Shown here: in pieces, positions 20,883 through 30,363 of the stretch
How positions within the stretch are numbered: the first letter of the stretch is position 1
How the letters are laid out: each line of letters starts with the position of its first letter
Assembly: GCA_963833225.1 (NCBI GenBank)
Contig: CAWHXD010000006.1
Span: 64,001 to 128,000 of the forward strand
Direction: 5' to 3'
DNA from: an uncultured Chloroflexia bacterium
GTDB taxonomy: Bacteria > Chloroflexota > Limnocylindria > Limnocylindrales > CSP1-4
DNA: 64,000 nt
The notes under the pieces: generated by a model
The model's database searches: none
The model's input: the letters and a program-made list of their open reading frames with translations, nothing else
Told to the model about the DNA's origin: nothing
Program-made: the position numbers and the translations under genes

Positions 20883-22461
20883 GCGAGCGACGGCGTTGAC
20901 CGCCACCGCGGTCGCGGTCGCCGCGCTGGCGGTCTACCGGACCACCCTGCTACCCGGCGTCAGCTCCTGGGACACGGCGGAGGCCCAGACCGCGCTGCCA
21001 CTGCTGGGGACGATGCACCCGACCGGCTTCCCCGCGTACACGATCCTCGGCTGGCTCGCTTCCGTCGCGCTCCAGCCGCTCGGGGAGCCCGCGTTCCGGG
21101 TGAACCTCCTCTCGGCCATCCTCGTGGCGGGGGCGGTGGGCGCCATGGTGCCCCTCCTGCGCCGGTTCGACGTCCCGCTCCCGGTGGCGGCCGCGGGGGC
21201 AGTGGGCCTTGCCCTGACGCCCATCACGTGGGCGATCGCCTCGGCAGCGGACGCCCACGCGCTCCACCTGGCGCTGGTCGCCCTGCTCACGGTCGCGCTG
21301 GTCCGCTGGGGCCGGCTGGTCGACGAACGGCGGGCTCACCCGGGCGACGCGGCTGCGGCCTCGCGAGCGGATCGGGGGATCGTGCTGGCCGGCGTCGTGT
21401 TCGGGGTGGCGCTCGCGAACCACGGCCTGACGCTCCTGCTGGTTCCGGCCGTTGGCCTGTACGTGCTCGCGACGGACCCGGGCGTGCTGCGCCGGCCGCG
21501 GCTCGTTGCGGCAGCCGGCGGGGCGTGCGTCCTGGTCGCCGCCCTGCTGTACCTCGAGCTCCCACTGCGTGCCGGGCCGTTCCCGGCGCGCCTCGTCTAC
21601 GGCCATCCCGAGACCTGGAACGGGTTCTGGGACATCGTGCTCGCCCGCCAGTTCCAGGGGGACGTCGGTGCGGCGCTGGGCGATGTCGCCGGCCGGCTGG
21701 CGGACCTGGCCGATCTCGTGACCCTGCAGCTGGGCGCCCTGGCGGCGCTCGTGGTGCCCGCGTTCATCGTGACGGCGGTGCGCTTCCCCAGGTACGCGCT
21801 GCTCAGCGGGGTCGCCACCGGCGTGACCTGCGTGTTCGCGGCGTCGTACCTCAACGCGGACATCGGCCGCTACTACCTCGGTCCGGCGCTGTTCGCCTGG
21901 ACCTGGCTCGCGATCGCTGCCGGCACCGTCGTGCGGCTGGTGCTCCGCCGGGCGAGTGCCGGCGGCCGCGACCCGGCCGCGGCCGAAGAGGCCCTGGCGC
22001 GACCCGTGGCACCCGGCCGCCTGGCCGCGAGGACGTCCGTGGCGCTGGCGCTGAGCGTGGCGCTGCTCGTGCCCACCGGCCTTGGGCTGTCCGTGCGCTG
22101 GCATGCCGCCGACCGCTCCGGCGACACCGCGCTGTCCGCCTGGCTGGACGACGCCATGACCGACATGGATCCCGACGCCGTCGTCGTCTCCTGGTGGTCC
22201 TACTCCACGACGCTCTGGTACGGCACGCTCGTCGAGGCACGGCGCCCGGACCTGCTGATCGTGGACGACAGCGATCTCGTCTACGAGAAGCTCGGATCCG
22301 CGGAGGACGTCATCGCCCGCTATCTCGGCCGCCGGCCGGTGCTCGTCATCCGATCGTCATCCGCGGACATCGATGCTCTGGCCGTACGCTATGTGCTCGA
22401 GCCACTCGTCCGACCCGCCGGCGTGTACCGGGTCACGGGACCAAGGGAGACCGCCCCATGA
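20872..22461 (+). CDS. DUF2723/TMEM260-like protein O-mannosyltransferase family membrane protein
   Basis: PGVSSWDTAEAQ, HPTGFPAY, RVNLLSA, GVALANH, LYLELPLR; start 20872 or 20896. Confidence 0.75.
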   Translation: MPGRRATALTATAVAVAALAVYRTTLLPGVSSWDTAEAQTALPLLGTMHPTGFPAYTILGWLASVALQPLGEPAFRVNLLSAILVAGAVGAMVPLLRRFDVPLPVAAAGAVGLALTPITWAIASAADAHALHLALVALLTVALVRWGRLVDERRAHPGDAAAASRADRGIVLAGVVFGVALANHGLTLLLVPAVGLYVLATDPGVLRRPRLVAAAGGACVLVAALLYLELPLRAGPFPARLVYGHPETWNGFWDIVLARQFQGDVGAALGDVAGRLADLADLVTLQLGALAALVVPAFIVTAVRFPRYALLSGVATGVTCVFAASYLNADIGRYYLGPALFAWTWLAIAAGTVVRLVLRRASAGGRDPAAAEEALARPVAPGRLAARTSVALALSVALLVPTGLGLSVRWHAADRSGDTALSAWLDDAMTDMDPDAVVVSWWSYSTTLWYGTLVEARRPDLLIVDDSDLVYEKLGSAEDVIARYLGRRPVLVIRSSSADIDALAVRYVLEPLVRPAGVYRVTGPRETAP

Positions 22462-23249
22462 CCGCACCCGCAAGCGCCGAGGGCGCCCGGAATCCCCAGC
22501 GGGTCGCGCGCCTGTCCTACTTCTTCCCGGCCCACAACGAGGAGGCCAACCTCGAGGGGCTCGTCGCCGAGGCCCTGGAGACGCTGCCGTCGATCGCCGA
22601 GACCTTCGAGATCATCGCCGTGGACGACGGCTCGAGGGATCGCACCGGCGAGATCGCGGACCGCCTCGCCGCCGAGCACCCGGGCGTCGTCCGGGTCGTC
22701 CACCACCCGGTCAACCGCGGGTACGGGGGAGCCCTGCGCTCCGGGTTCGAGGCGGCGCGCTACGAGCTGCTCGCGTTCACCGACGGCGACCGCCAGTTCC
22801 GGATCGCCGACCTCGCGCGGCTTACGGCCCGCCTCGCTGAGCCCGACCAGCCCGATGTCGTGGCGGGCTTCCGGATCAAGCGCGCCGACCCCATGATCCG
22901 GATCGTCTACGCGCGGACCTACAAGCTTGCCAACCGGATCTTCTTCGGGCTGCGGGTGCGCGACGTTGACTGCGCGTGCAAGCTCTTCCGCCGGGAGGCG
23001 CTCGAGGGCGTCCGCGTCGAGTCGGGCGGTGCGTTCTTCTCCGCCGAGCTGCTGATCAAGATCGACGAGCAGGGCCGGTCGATCGTCGAGGTCGGGGTGC
23101 CGCACTACGCGCGGACGGCCGGGTCACCCACAGGCGCCCGGCCCTCGGTCATCTGGCGGGCCGTCAAGGACTTCTGGAGCCTTCGCCTTCGCCTGTGGGC
23201 GAACGCCGCCGCCGCCCGCCGGCGCGGCCGTCCGATCCTGGGCGACTGA
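22458..23249 (+). CDS. GT2 glycosyltransferase (polyprenol-phosphate mannose synthase-like)
   Basis: FPAHNEEAN, VDDGSRD, NRGYGGAL, TDGDRQF, DVDCACKL; ATG at 22458 with GGAG upstream. Confidence 0.88.
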   Translation: MTAPASAEGARNPQRVARLSYFFPAHNEEANLEGLVAEALETLPSIAETFEIIAVDDGSRDRTGEIADRLAAEHPGVVRVVHHPVNRGYGGALRSGFEAARYELLAFTDGDRQFRIADLARLTARLAEPDQPDVVAGFRIKRADPMIRIVYARTYKLANRIFFGLRVRDVDCACKLFRREALEGVRVESGGAFFSAELLIKIDEQGRSIVEVGVPHYARTAGSPTGARPSVIWRAVKDFWSLRLRLWANAAAARRRGRPILGD

Positions 23250-23294
23250 GCCTCCAGGACAACCCCCGGTGCCGCGCGCGTGTGGCGGCGCGGA

Positions 23295-23915
23295 TCAGCC
23301 CGCGGTGCCGGTGCCGCCCCCGCGGGGGTCCCCGCCCTCCGGGTCAAGGCTGTTGACGAACTCGCGGAAGATGTCGAGCTTGGTCGGGTCGAGGCTCTCG
23401 CCCGTCGCCTCGAGCGAGCCCGCGGCCAGCCTGGTCCGCCGCTCCTCGCGGGCCTCGTCGCGGGTCACCTCGTCCTGGTCCTCGTCCTCGGCGTCGTCCG
23501 GCATCGCCGCCGCGCGATCGAGCACGTCGGCCGAGGCGAAGATCGGGCACTCGAGACGCACGGCCAGGGCGATCGCGTCGGAAGGACGAGCGTCGACGTC
23601 GTGACGGCTGTCGGCCGTGACGAGCTCCAGTCGCGCGTGGAACGTCTCCTCCGCCAGCGACGAGATGACCACCCGGTGCACGCTGACGCCCAGCTCACCG
23701 AGCGTCGCGGCGAACAGGTCGTGGGTCAGTGGCCGCTCCGCCGTGATGCCCTGGAGGCGCATCGCGATCGCCTGCGCCTCCCACGGCCCGATCCACACCG
23801 GCAGGATCCGCCCGAGACCCACCTCCTTGAGCAGCAGGACGTGGCGCCCGGTCCGCATGTGGACCCGGACGCTCTCCACGATCATCTCGACCTGGGGGAC
23901 GCCTTCGTCAGCCAT
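23295..23915 (-). CDS. Bifunctional nuclease family protein (DUF151)
   Basis: LPVWIGPWEAQAI, RPLTHDL, DARPSDAIALA. Confidence 0.9.
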   Translation of the reverse strand: MADEGVPQVEMIVESVRVHMRTGRHVLLLKEVGLGRILPVWIGPWEAQAIAMRLQGITAERPLTHDLFAATLGELGVSVHRVVISSLAEETFHARLELVTADSRHDVDARPSDAIALAVRLECPIFASADVLDRAAAMPDDAEDEDQDEVTRDEAREERRTRLAAGSLEATGESLDPTKLDIFREFVNSLDPEGGDPRGGGTGTAG

Positions 23916-23939
23916 GGGACGATTATCCCACGCGTGGCT

Positions 23940-24734
23940 TCACCGGCGGGTCGGCGGTGGCGGTGGCGGGAGTGGTGGCCGGGGTACGGGGGGCCCTGTC
24001 ATGGGAGCGGCAGCGGGCGCCGCCGTGGCGTCCGCGACCAGCGGGTGGGGCCGGCGGAGCCGCAGCAGGAGCGCCATCGCCACGCCGGCGATGAAGCCAC
24101 CCACATGTGCCCAGAACGCGACCCCGCCGGACGCCTCGGCGGTCAGCCCAAGGGACGCGAACCCGTCGATCAGCTGGAGCACGAACCAGAAGCCGAGCAC
24201 CACGACCGATGGCACGGCGATCAACTCGTAGAAGAAGACCAGGAACACCAGCGACTGGATCCGCGCCCGGGGGAACAGGACGACATAGCCGCCGAGCACG
24301 GCCGAGATGGCCCCGGACGCGCCAATCATGGGCGCGTCGCTGGCGGGATCGGAGAGGATGTGGCCCGTGGCCGCCACGAGACCACCCAGCAGGTAGAACG
24401 CGAGGAACAGGGGCCGCCCCAGCCGGTTCTCGACCCGGGGCGCAAAGATCCACAGGAACAGGGCATTGCCCATCAGGTGGAGCCAGCTGGCGTGCAGGAA
24501 CATGTGGGTCAGGAGGCCGGGCACCGCACGGGTCACGAGGTCGCCGGTCCCGATCGCGGCGACGATGTCGGCGGGCACCAGCCCGCGCCGCAGGATGAAC
24601 CGGTTCAGGGCCGGGTCGCCGCCCTGGACCAGGAGCAGCAGCTCGTAGCCGAAGGCGAGGGCGCAGGCCGCGAGGATGCCCAGCGTGACGACCGGCGTCC
24701 GCGTCGTCGGGGTGGCGTCGCGCAGCGGCAGCAT
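23940..24734 (-). CDS. Rhomboid intramembrane serine protease
   Basis: MLPLRD, HMFLHASWLHLMGNALFL, GASGA, AHVGGF. Confidence 0.92.
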   Translation of the reverse strand: MLPLRDATPTTRTPVVTLGILAACALAFGYELLLLVQGGDPALNRFILRRGLVPADIVAAIGTGDLVTRAVPGLLTHMFLHASWLHLMGNALFLWIFAPRVENRLGRPLFLAFYLLGGLVAATGHILSDPASDAPMIGASGAISAVLGGYVVLFPRARIQSLVFLVFFYELIAVPSVVVLGFWFVLQLIDGFASLGLTAEASGGVAFWAHVGGFIAGVAMALLLRLRRPHPLVADATAAPAAAPMTGPPVPRPPLPPPPPPTRR

Positions 24735-24747
24735 GCCCTTGGTGGCG

Positions 24748-27054
24748 TCAGGCGCCTGCGGGCGTCTTCTTGGGCTTGGGCTTCTTGGTCGGCTTGGGCG
24801 TCTTGGTCGGCTTGGGCGTCGGCGCCGCGGTCGCGGACGGGGCCGGCGACGGGGTCGCGGACGGGGACTCGGTCGCGACGAGGATCGCGGTGTGGAGCGC
24901 GTTCCCGGAGATCCACCACAGCGTGGCGGGGCTGTCCGCGTCGGCGCCCGGCAGGACCACCATGTCCTTGAGGCCTGCCCACGCGCCGTCACCGTCCGCG
25001 AGAACGTACTGCTCGACGAAGTCGCCGTTGCGCTTGCTGAACGCCACGATCCGCCGGTTGGTCTGGTCGAACGCGTACAGGAGCCCCACGCCCCTGCTGG
25101 TCTTGCCACTGGGCAGGTCCGGCGACGAGAGGATCGTGTAGCGCGGGTTGGGTCGCAGCTGGGCGTCACGCGGCTCTTGCGGGCTCCAGCCGCTCGCGGG
25201 GATCACCCGCGCAACGGCGCCGTTCTCGGCCACGAAGATGTCGCCATCGAGCATCAGGTCGGTGATGCCGTCCACCGGCCGGTCGGTGGGCAGGCGGTCG
25301 ATGGGCTTGACCGGGTAGCCGGTGCCATCGTTGGCGGGCGACATGACCAGGATGTTCTGGGCCGAGGGATCCACGATGTACAGCTTGTAGAACGCGGCGT
25401 CGAAGTTGGCGACGAAGGTCGCCATCGCGGTGACGTCGTCGCCCCACGATGTCGAGTCTGGGATCCGGATCTTGACCAAGGAGCCGTCGCCCTTCGTACC
25501 GACGGGCCGCCACCGCCACAGGCTGTTCTTGGTGTCCAGGACCAGCACGTCGGGGCCGCCCGTCGCCAGCAGCTTGGGATCCGCGACCCTGGCGCCCGAC
25601 GCACGCTCACCGGTGGCGGCGATGGGCTTGGCGATCTCCCGCGCAAGGTCGATCCGCCACACCGTCTTGCCGGCCGTGTCCAGGACGTACGGCGCGCCGT
25701 CCGAGCCCCGGACCAGGGACGTGAGAGCGACCGGGGTGTCGGCAGGGAACGTGAACACCGTGTTGGAGTGGACGGCGACGACGTGGTACAGGCGATCGAG
25801 CCCCGCGGACACCTGATCACGCAGCGTCGCGACTTCGGTTGACGGGTAGCCTGCCCGCTGCGCCTCGTCGAGCTTGGCGTAGGCGGCGGTGAGCAGCTCG
25901 AGGGCCTTGCGGGGGTCCTCGTTGATGAGGTCGATGCCCGGCCCGGAGACAAGGGCGAGGTCGTCCTGCGCCTCCTGGAAGGCCTTCTGGGCGATCGACA
26001 GCGACCGGAGGGGCTCGGTGGGCGACTGCTGGCCCGCGACCGCGTACACGCCGAGCGCCAGCCCGCCGGCCACGACGATGAACGCGAGCAGCGCCACCGC
26101 CGCCCGTCGCTGGGTCTCCATGCGGCTGGTGGCCGCGGTCACCCGACGCGAACCGGGCGTCCGGCGGGGCAGCGCATCCTGGATGCGCCACACGGCCCGC
26201 TGGAACCCGTTGCCGGCCGCGTCACGGGCCTTCGCGGCTCCCGCACCCACGGCGGCAGCCGCGCCGAGCGCGGAATCGGCCAGCGGGAGGGGTCCCTTGT
26301 CCGGCGCCCCGGCCAGCGGCTCGGCGGGTCGCACCGGGACCAGCGCCTTTGACTTGAAGGTGGCCCCCACCTCGCCTGCCTCGAACGCGAAGGCACCGTC
26401 CGATCCCTTGCCGTCGGCCGCGACGAAGCGCGCGTGCAGGTGCTCGATCGCGGACTGCGGGTGCAGGGTGACCAGCGCGTCCTTGAGGGCGTCCGTGCCG
26501 ACGCTCGAGACGACGTTCGCGGATACGAGGCTCAGCGAGTCGCCGACCTGGAGCTCGCCCCGCCAGACCTCGGGCTCAAGGTCGGCCGCCGGCAGGCCAC
26601 GCTCCCGGTTCGGGTCCGGGAGGGTCGACAGGCGCGCCTGGCGGATCAGGAAGGCGTCGGCCGGGCCGACGGTCGCCACGTACAGCTCCCGGCCTCGCAC
26701 CACCGCGACCGCGACACCCACCGGCCCTGCCGCATCCGAGCCGTGCCCGAGGCCGTACCGGTCCCGCTGGTGGGCGAGGCGCTTGTTCGCGACGCCGAGG
26801 ACCTTGGCCAGGCACTGCTTGATGCCTGCCGACTCGTCGTAGTAGTACTCGTTGCGGATCGTGTCCGCGATCATCCGCGTGGCTTCACGGGCCTTGCCGC
26901 TGGAGACCTTGCTGGTCACGAGCAGGTAGAGGTTTCCCTTGGTCCGCCCGACGGAACCCACGGACGGCTCGACCACAACGATGGTGTCGGGCGAGTCGGG
27001 GAGTCGGTCCTGCTCGGTGACGGCACCGAGCTTCAGCTGGAGACGGACGGCCAA
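24748..27054 (-). CDS. Membrane protein: degenerate PP2C-like N-domain, one TM, beta-propeller-like region, Pro/Thr/Lys tail
   Basis: GNLYLLVTS, ELYVATVGPADAFLIR, GDSLSLVSAN; TM ALLAFIVVAGGLALGVYAV; repeated YVLD/LVLD/YIVD/YAFD strands. TTG start at 27054 inferred from GAGG upstream; TATAAT near 27133-27138. Confidence 0.6.
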   Translation of the reverse strand: MAVRLQLKLGAVTEQDRLPDSPDTIVVVEPSVGSVGRTKGNLYLLVTSKVSSGKAREATRMIADTIRNEYYYDESAGIKQCLAKVLGVANKRLAHQRDRYGLGHGSDAAGPVGVAVAVVRGRELYVATVGPADAFLIRQARLSTLPDPNRERGLPAADLEPEVWRGELQVGDSLSLVSANVVSSVGTDALKDALVTLHPQSAIEHLHARFVAADGKGSDGAFAFEAGEVGATFKSKALVPVRPAEPLAGAPDKGPLPLADSALGAAAAVGAGAAKARDAAGNGFQRAVWRIQDALPRRTPGSRRVTAATSRMETQRRAAVALLAFIVVAGGLALGVYAVAGQQSPTEPLRSLSIAQKAFQEAQDDLALVSGPGIDLINEDPRKALELLTAAYAKLDEAQRAGYPSTEVATLRDQVSAGLDRLYHVVAVHSNTVFTFPADTPVALTSLVRGSDGAPYVLDTAGKTVWRIDLAREIAKPIAATGERASGARVADPKLLATGGPDVLVLDTKNSLWRWRPVGTKGDGSLVKIRIPDSTSWGDDVTAMATFVANFDAAFYKLYIVDPSAQNILVMSPANDGTGYPVKPIDRLPTDRPVDGITDLMLDGDIFVAENGAVARVIPASGWSPQEPRDAQLRPNPRYTILSSPDLPSGKTSRGVGLLYAFDQTNRRIVAFSKRNGDFVEQYVLADGDGAWAGLKDMVVLPGADADSPATLWWISGNALHTAILVATESPSATPSPAPSATAAPTPKPTKTPKPTKKPKPKKTPAGA

Positions 27055-27133
27055 GAAGCAAGCCTCATGGGGATGAGCGACGCGCTGGAGGGAGGGGGCG
27101 TGACACAGCGCCCCGGGCGGAAGTGGGAGGGAA

Positions 27134-27532
27134 TTATACGCGTGGCTCGGGGGACCCCCGGTTGTCGGAGCCGGGCTCCCGGCCCGTGCCACCGACCAGG
27201 CGCAGGAACCGCACCCGCGCCCCGCCCGGCGCCACGGCGAAGGCCGCGAGCAGCTCCATGGCCCGCATGCGCAGCTCGGCAGCCACGATGGGCTCGTCCA
27301 CGGCGACCACCAGGGCGTCCGGCTCCAGCCGCACCAGCCGGCAGGCCCCGACCGCAGGTGGTACCCGTTCGGCGACCAGGGCGTCCCAGGTGGCGCCCGC
27401 CCTCGCCATCCGAAGCGCATCCTCGAGACCCAGCGCGCGCGCGGCGTCGGGAAGCAGGTCGCCGATCCGATCAGGACGGCGGCGTCGGCCCGGGGCCTCC
27501 GCGTCGCTGCGAGGATCCCGGTCGCGGGTCAC
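27134..27532 (-). CDS. dciA: DUF721/DciA-family helicase loader
   Basis: RIGDLL...WDALV...LVVAV...AAELRM; directly downstream of recF with GTGA overlap. Confidence 0.7.
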   Translation of the reverse strand: MTRDRDPRSDAEAPGRRRRPDRIGDLLPDAARALGLEDALRMARAGATWDALVAERVPPAVGACRLVRLEPDALVVAVDEPIVAAELRMRAMELLAAFAVAPGGARVRFLRLVGGTGREPGSDNRGSPEPRV

Positions 27533-28683
27533 GTGCCGCCCCGGCTGAGGTGCGCCGTCCCGTCGGGGGTCGTTGTCACCGCCCAGGCCGAGCCCACGGA
27601 GCGCAGGCCCCGATCCAGGTCATCGAGCGTCGTCGTGGTCACGAACGCCTGCGGCAGCGCCGCGATCCGTCGAACCAGGTGCGACCGACGGGCCGGGTCC
27701 AGCTCCGAGAACACGTCGTCGAGCAGCAGCAGCGGCGGGTGTCCGTCCAGTGCCGTCAGGAGGTCGACCTCGGCCAGCTTGAAGGCGAGGATCGCCGTGC
27801 GCTGCTGGCCGCGCGACGCGAACGACGCAAGCGACCGGCCGGCCATCTCGAACACGAGATCGTCGCGGTGGGGGCCGACCAGGGTCGTCCCGTTCCAGAC
27901 CTCCTTCTCGGCCGTCTCTGACAGGCGCCGGGCAAGCGCGTCGCGGATGGATTCGCCGGGCTGCTGCGGGGCATTGGTGGCGTACACGAGGCCCAGCGGC
28001 CCAATGGTCGCCTCGTCCGGCGCGATCTCCGCGTGGGCGGCCGCGATGGGGGCCTCGAGCACCTCCAGCAGTCGCTGTCGCTCCACCCGGACCGCGGTCC
28101 CGCTCTCGAGCAGGGTCGCGTCCCAGAAGTGCAGCTCCGCCCGGGTCGCCTGCTCCTCGCGGATCATGCGCAGCAGGCCGTTGCGCTGCTGGAGCGCCCG
28201 GCCGTAGGTCGCCAGGTCACGGACGTAGGCCGGCGAGCGCTGGCCGGCAAGGCGGTCCAGGGCCTCGCGCCGAAGGGACGGCGACCCCGCGACGAGCAGC
28301 ATCTCCTCGGGCGCGAACATGACGGTCCGCAGGACGCCTGCGAGCGACGCCGCCCGCCGCGGGACCCCGTTGACGCGGATGCGCTTGCGGGCGCCGCCGG
28401 ACGGCGTCCGAACCATCGCGACCTCGAGCGAGTCGAGGCTCTCCGGTCCCGCACCCGGACGGCCGACGCGGGCCTCGACTCGCGCCAGCTCCTGGCCCCA
28501 GCGCACGAGCTCGCCGTCGGCGGAGGTCCGGTGGCTGCGACCCCACGCGAGCAGGACGACCGCCTCGAGGAGGCTCGTCTTGCCGGCCGCGTTGGGGCCC
28601 CAGACGAGCTGTGGTCCGGGATCAAAGATCGCATCGAGCTCGGCGTAGGCGCGGAGATCCCGAGCGCTGAGGCCCCGCAGGAT
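27529..28683 (-). CDS. recF: DNA replication/repair protein RecF (no canonical start codon in frame)
   Basis: Frame extends upstream of the track ORF to ILRGLSARDLRAY...WGPNAAGKTSLLEA (Walker A); GPHRDD, SRGQQR, LLLDDVFSELD. Confidence 0.9.
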   Translation of the reverse strand: MLRGLSARDLRAYAELDAIFDPGPQLVWGPNAAGKTSLLEAVVLLAWGRSHRTSADGELVRWGQELARVEARVGRPGAGPESLDSLEVAMVRTPSGGARKRIRVNGVPRRAASLAGVLRTVMFAPEEMLLVAGSPSLRREALDRLAGQRSPAYVRDLATYGRALQQRNGLLRMIREEQATRAELHFWDATLLESGTAVRVERQRLLEVLEAPIAAAHAEIAPDEATIGPLGLVYATNAPQQPGESIRDALARRLSETAEKEVWNGTTLVGPHRDDLVFEMAGRSLASFASRGQQRTAILAFKLAEVDLLTALDGHPPLLLLDDVFSELDPARRSHLVRRIAALPQAFVTTTTLDDLDRGLRSVGSAWAVTTTPDGTAHLSRGGT

Positions 28684-28723
28684 CGGGGCGCCCTGGTCGG
28701 GGGAGGCGGGGTGGCAGGGTCCG

Positions 28724-29839
28724 TCAGGAGGTCGTCCGGACGGGCATCACGACGTGGACGTAGTCCGCGTCACCAACTGGCCGGAACACGCCCGGCGAGA
28801 GGGGCCCGTTGAGCTCGAGGCTGAACCGGTCCGCGCCCACGTTGCCCAGCACGTCGGCCAGGTAGCGGGCGTTGAACGCGATCGTCGTCGCGTCGCCCTC
28901 GACCGTCCCCTCGACATCGCCCGTGTAGTCGCCGACCTCGGCGGTCGCGCTGACCGTCAGCCCGGCCTCGTCGCCGCCCACCTGGAGCTTGACGATGTTG
29001 GCCGACGAGCTCGCGATCAGGGCCGCGGGGCGGACCGCCCGCAGCAGCTCCTCCCGGTCAAACTCCGCCCGGCTCGCGTGGCTCGCCGGCAGCACCTGCT
29101 GGTAGTTCGGGAACTGGCCGTCGATCAGGCGCGAGACGAGGTCGACCCCATCAAGGTGGAACAGGACCTGGTTGCGCGCCTGGGCCAGGACGAGCTCCAC
29201 CGGGTCATCGGTGTCGGACAGGACGCGGCTCAGCTCCGCCAGGGCGCGCGCCGGGATCACGACCGAGACGGCCTCGACCGGGTCGAGGACATCGATCGTG
29301 CGGACGGCGATCCGGTAGTTGTCCGCCGCGGCGAGCGTGAGACGGCTGCCCTCGAAGCGGGCGAGGATCCCGGTCAGGATCGGTCGTGCCTCGTCGCTGG
29401 CGGCCGCGAAGGTCGTCTCGTCGAGCGCTCGCTTGAGCACCTTCTGGCTGATCCTCGTGGTGGGACGCTCGCCCGCCGTCTGGATCGTCGGGAACTCATC
29501 GGCGTCGATGCCCTTGACATGGGTCGCGAATCGCCCGCAGCGCAGGTGCAGCGTGTCAGTGCCCTGGAGCTCGAGATCCACCTTCTCGGAGCCGGGGAGG
29601 CTCGAGACGAGATCGGACAGGAGGCGGGCGGGCACGGTGGTGGCCCCGTCCGTCTCGATCTTGCCCGGCACCCAGTACGTGATGCCGATCTCGAGGTTGG
29701 TCGCGGTCAGCTTGAGTCCTGCATCCTCGGTGCGGAGGAGGACGTTGGCAAGCACCGGCAGGGTGCTGCGGCTGGAGACGGCTCGCGAGACGACCGAGAG
29801 GCCGCGCGCCAGGTTCTCCTGCATGACCGAGAGTTTCAC
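28724..29839 (-). CDS. dnaN: DNA polymerase III beta clamp
   Basis: LPVLANVLL, ATNLEIGI, RPILTG, DNYRIA, RLIDGQFPNY, FNARYL, VVMPVR; GTG at 29839 with GGAG. Confidence 0.97.
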   Translation of the reverse strand: MKLSVMQENLARGLSVVSRAVSSRSTLPVLANVLLRTEDAGLKLTATNLEIGITYWVPGKIETDGATTVPARLLSDLVSSLPGSEKVDLELQGTDTLHLRCGRFATHVKGIDADEFPTIQTAGERPTTRISQKVLKRALDETTFAAASDEARPILTGILARFEGSRLTLAAADNYRIAVRTIDVLDPVEAVSVVIPARALAELSRVLSDTDDPVELVLAQARNQVLFHLDGVDLVSRLIDGQFPNYQQVLPASHASRAEFDREELLRAVRPAALIASSSANIVKLQVGGDEAGLTVSATAEVGDYTGDVEGTVEGDATTIAFNARYLADVLGNVGADRFSLELNGPLSPGVFRPVGDADYVHVVMPVRTTS

Positions 29840-29879
29840 GTCGAGTCGTCTCCGTTTCGAGGCGCGCATCCTGCGGGCG

Positions 29880-30363
29880 AATGGCCGTCGGTCGGCGCCA
29901 GGTGACCGGCGATCCGGGCCGCCTGCGCGTCGTGGATCCTTGGTGGAGTGATGGACCTATCTTCTCATCCCGTCATCACCGTCATATTGCCGTGGATACG
30001 GGGGATTGGCACGCTCCAGTGTGCGGGTGGGGGCTGTTGACAGAGGGGCCAAGGCCGTGGGTGGCCGTGTCCCGCACCGGGGACGCACCGGGGATGACTT
30101 GTTGATGAACCAGGGCCGCCCGGCCGACGGCTCAGGACCGCCTCCCTGAAGCGCCCTTCTGTCCACCACCACACCCCCACGCCCCGGGAGCGCCATCCAC
30201 GTGGACCCGGCGTTGTCCACCGGATTCGGGCATGGGTCCACAGCCAGGCGCAACGGGGGGACTGGGCAACGGGCGCCAGCAACGGGCGCCAGCAACGGGC
30301 GCCAAGGCGCCGATTGGCCGCCAGGGCGGGGGCTCGGTGCTGGCCACAGGGGGGCCACGGGCA
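29880..30363. other. Probable replication origin (oriC) between dnaA and dnaN
   Basis: ~520-bp noncoding gap with degenerate DnaA boxes: TTGTCCACC (30213), CTGTCCACC (30159), GGGTCCACA (30234), CGTGGATAC (29991), TGTTGACAG (30035), TGTTGATGA (30100). Confidence 0.7.
30266..30304. repeat. Perfect 13-bp tandem repeat, three copies (GCAACGGGCGCCA)
   Basis: Copies at 30266, 30279 and 30292; partial copy at 30250. Confidence 0.9.

Noticed and set aside
29950-29995. Possible DnaA-trio array
   Set aside because: The trinucleotide register is irregular; cannot be supported by eye.
30266-30304. Tandem repeats as a possible CRISPR array
   Set aside because: 13-bp units with no spacers and no cas genes; the jag repeats are likewise coding, not CRISPR.
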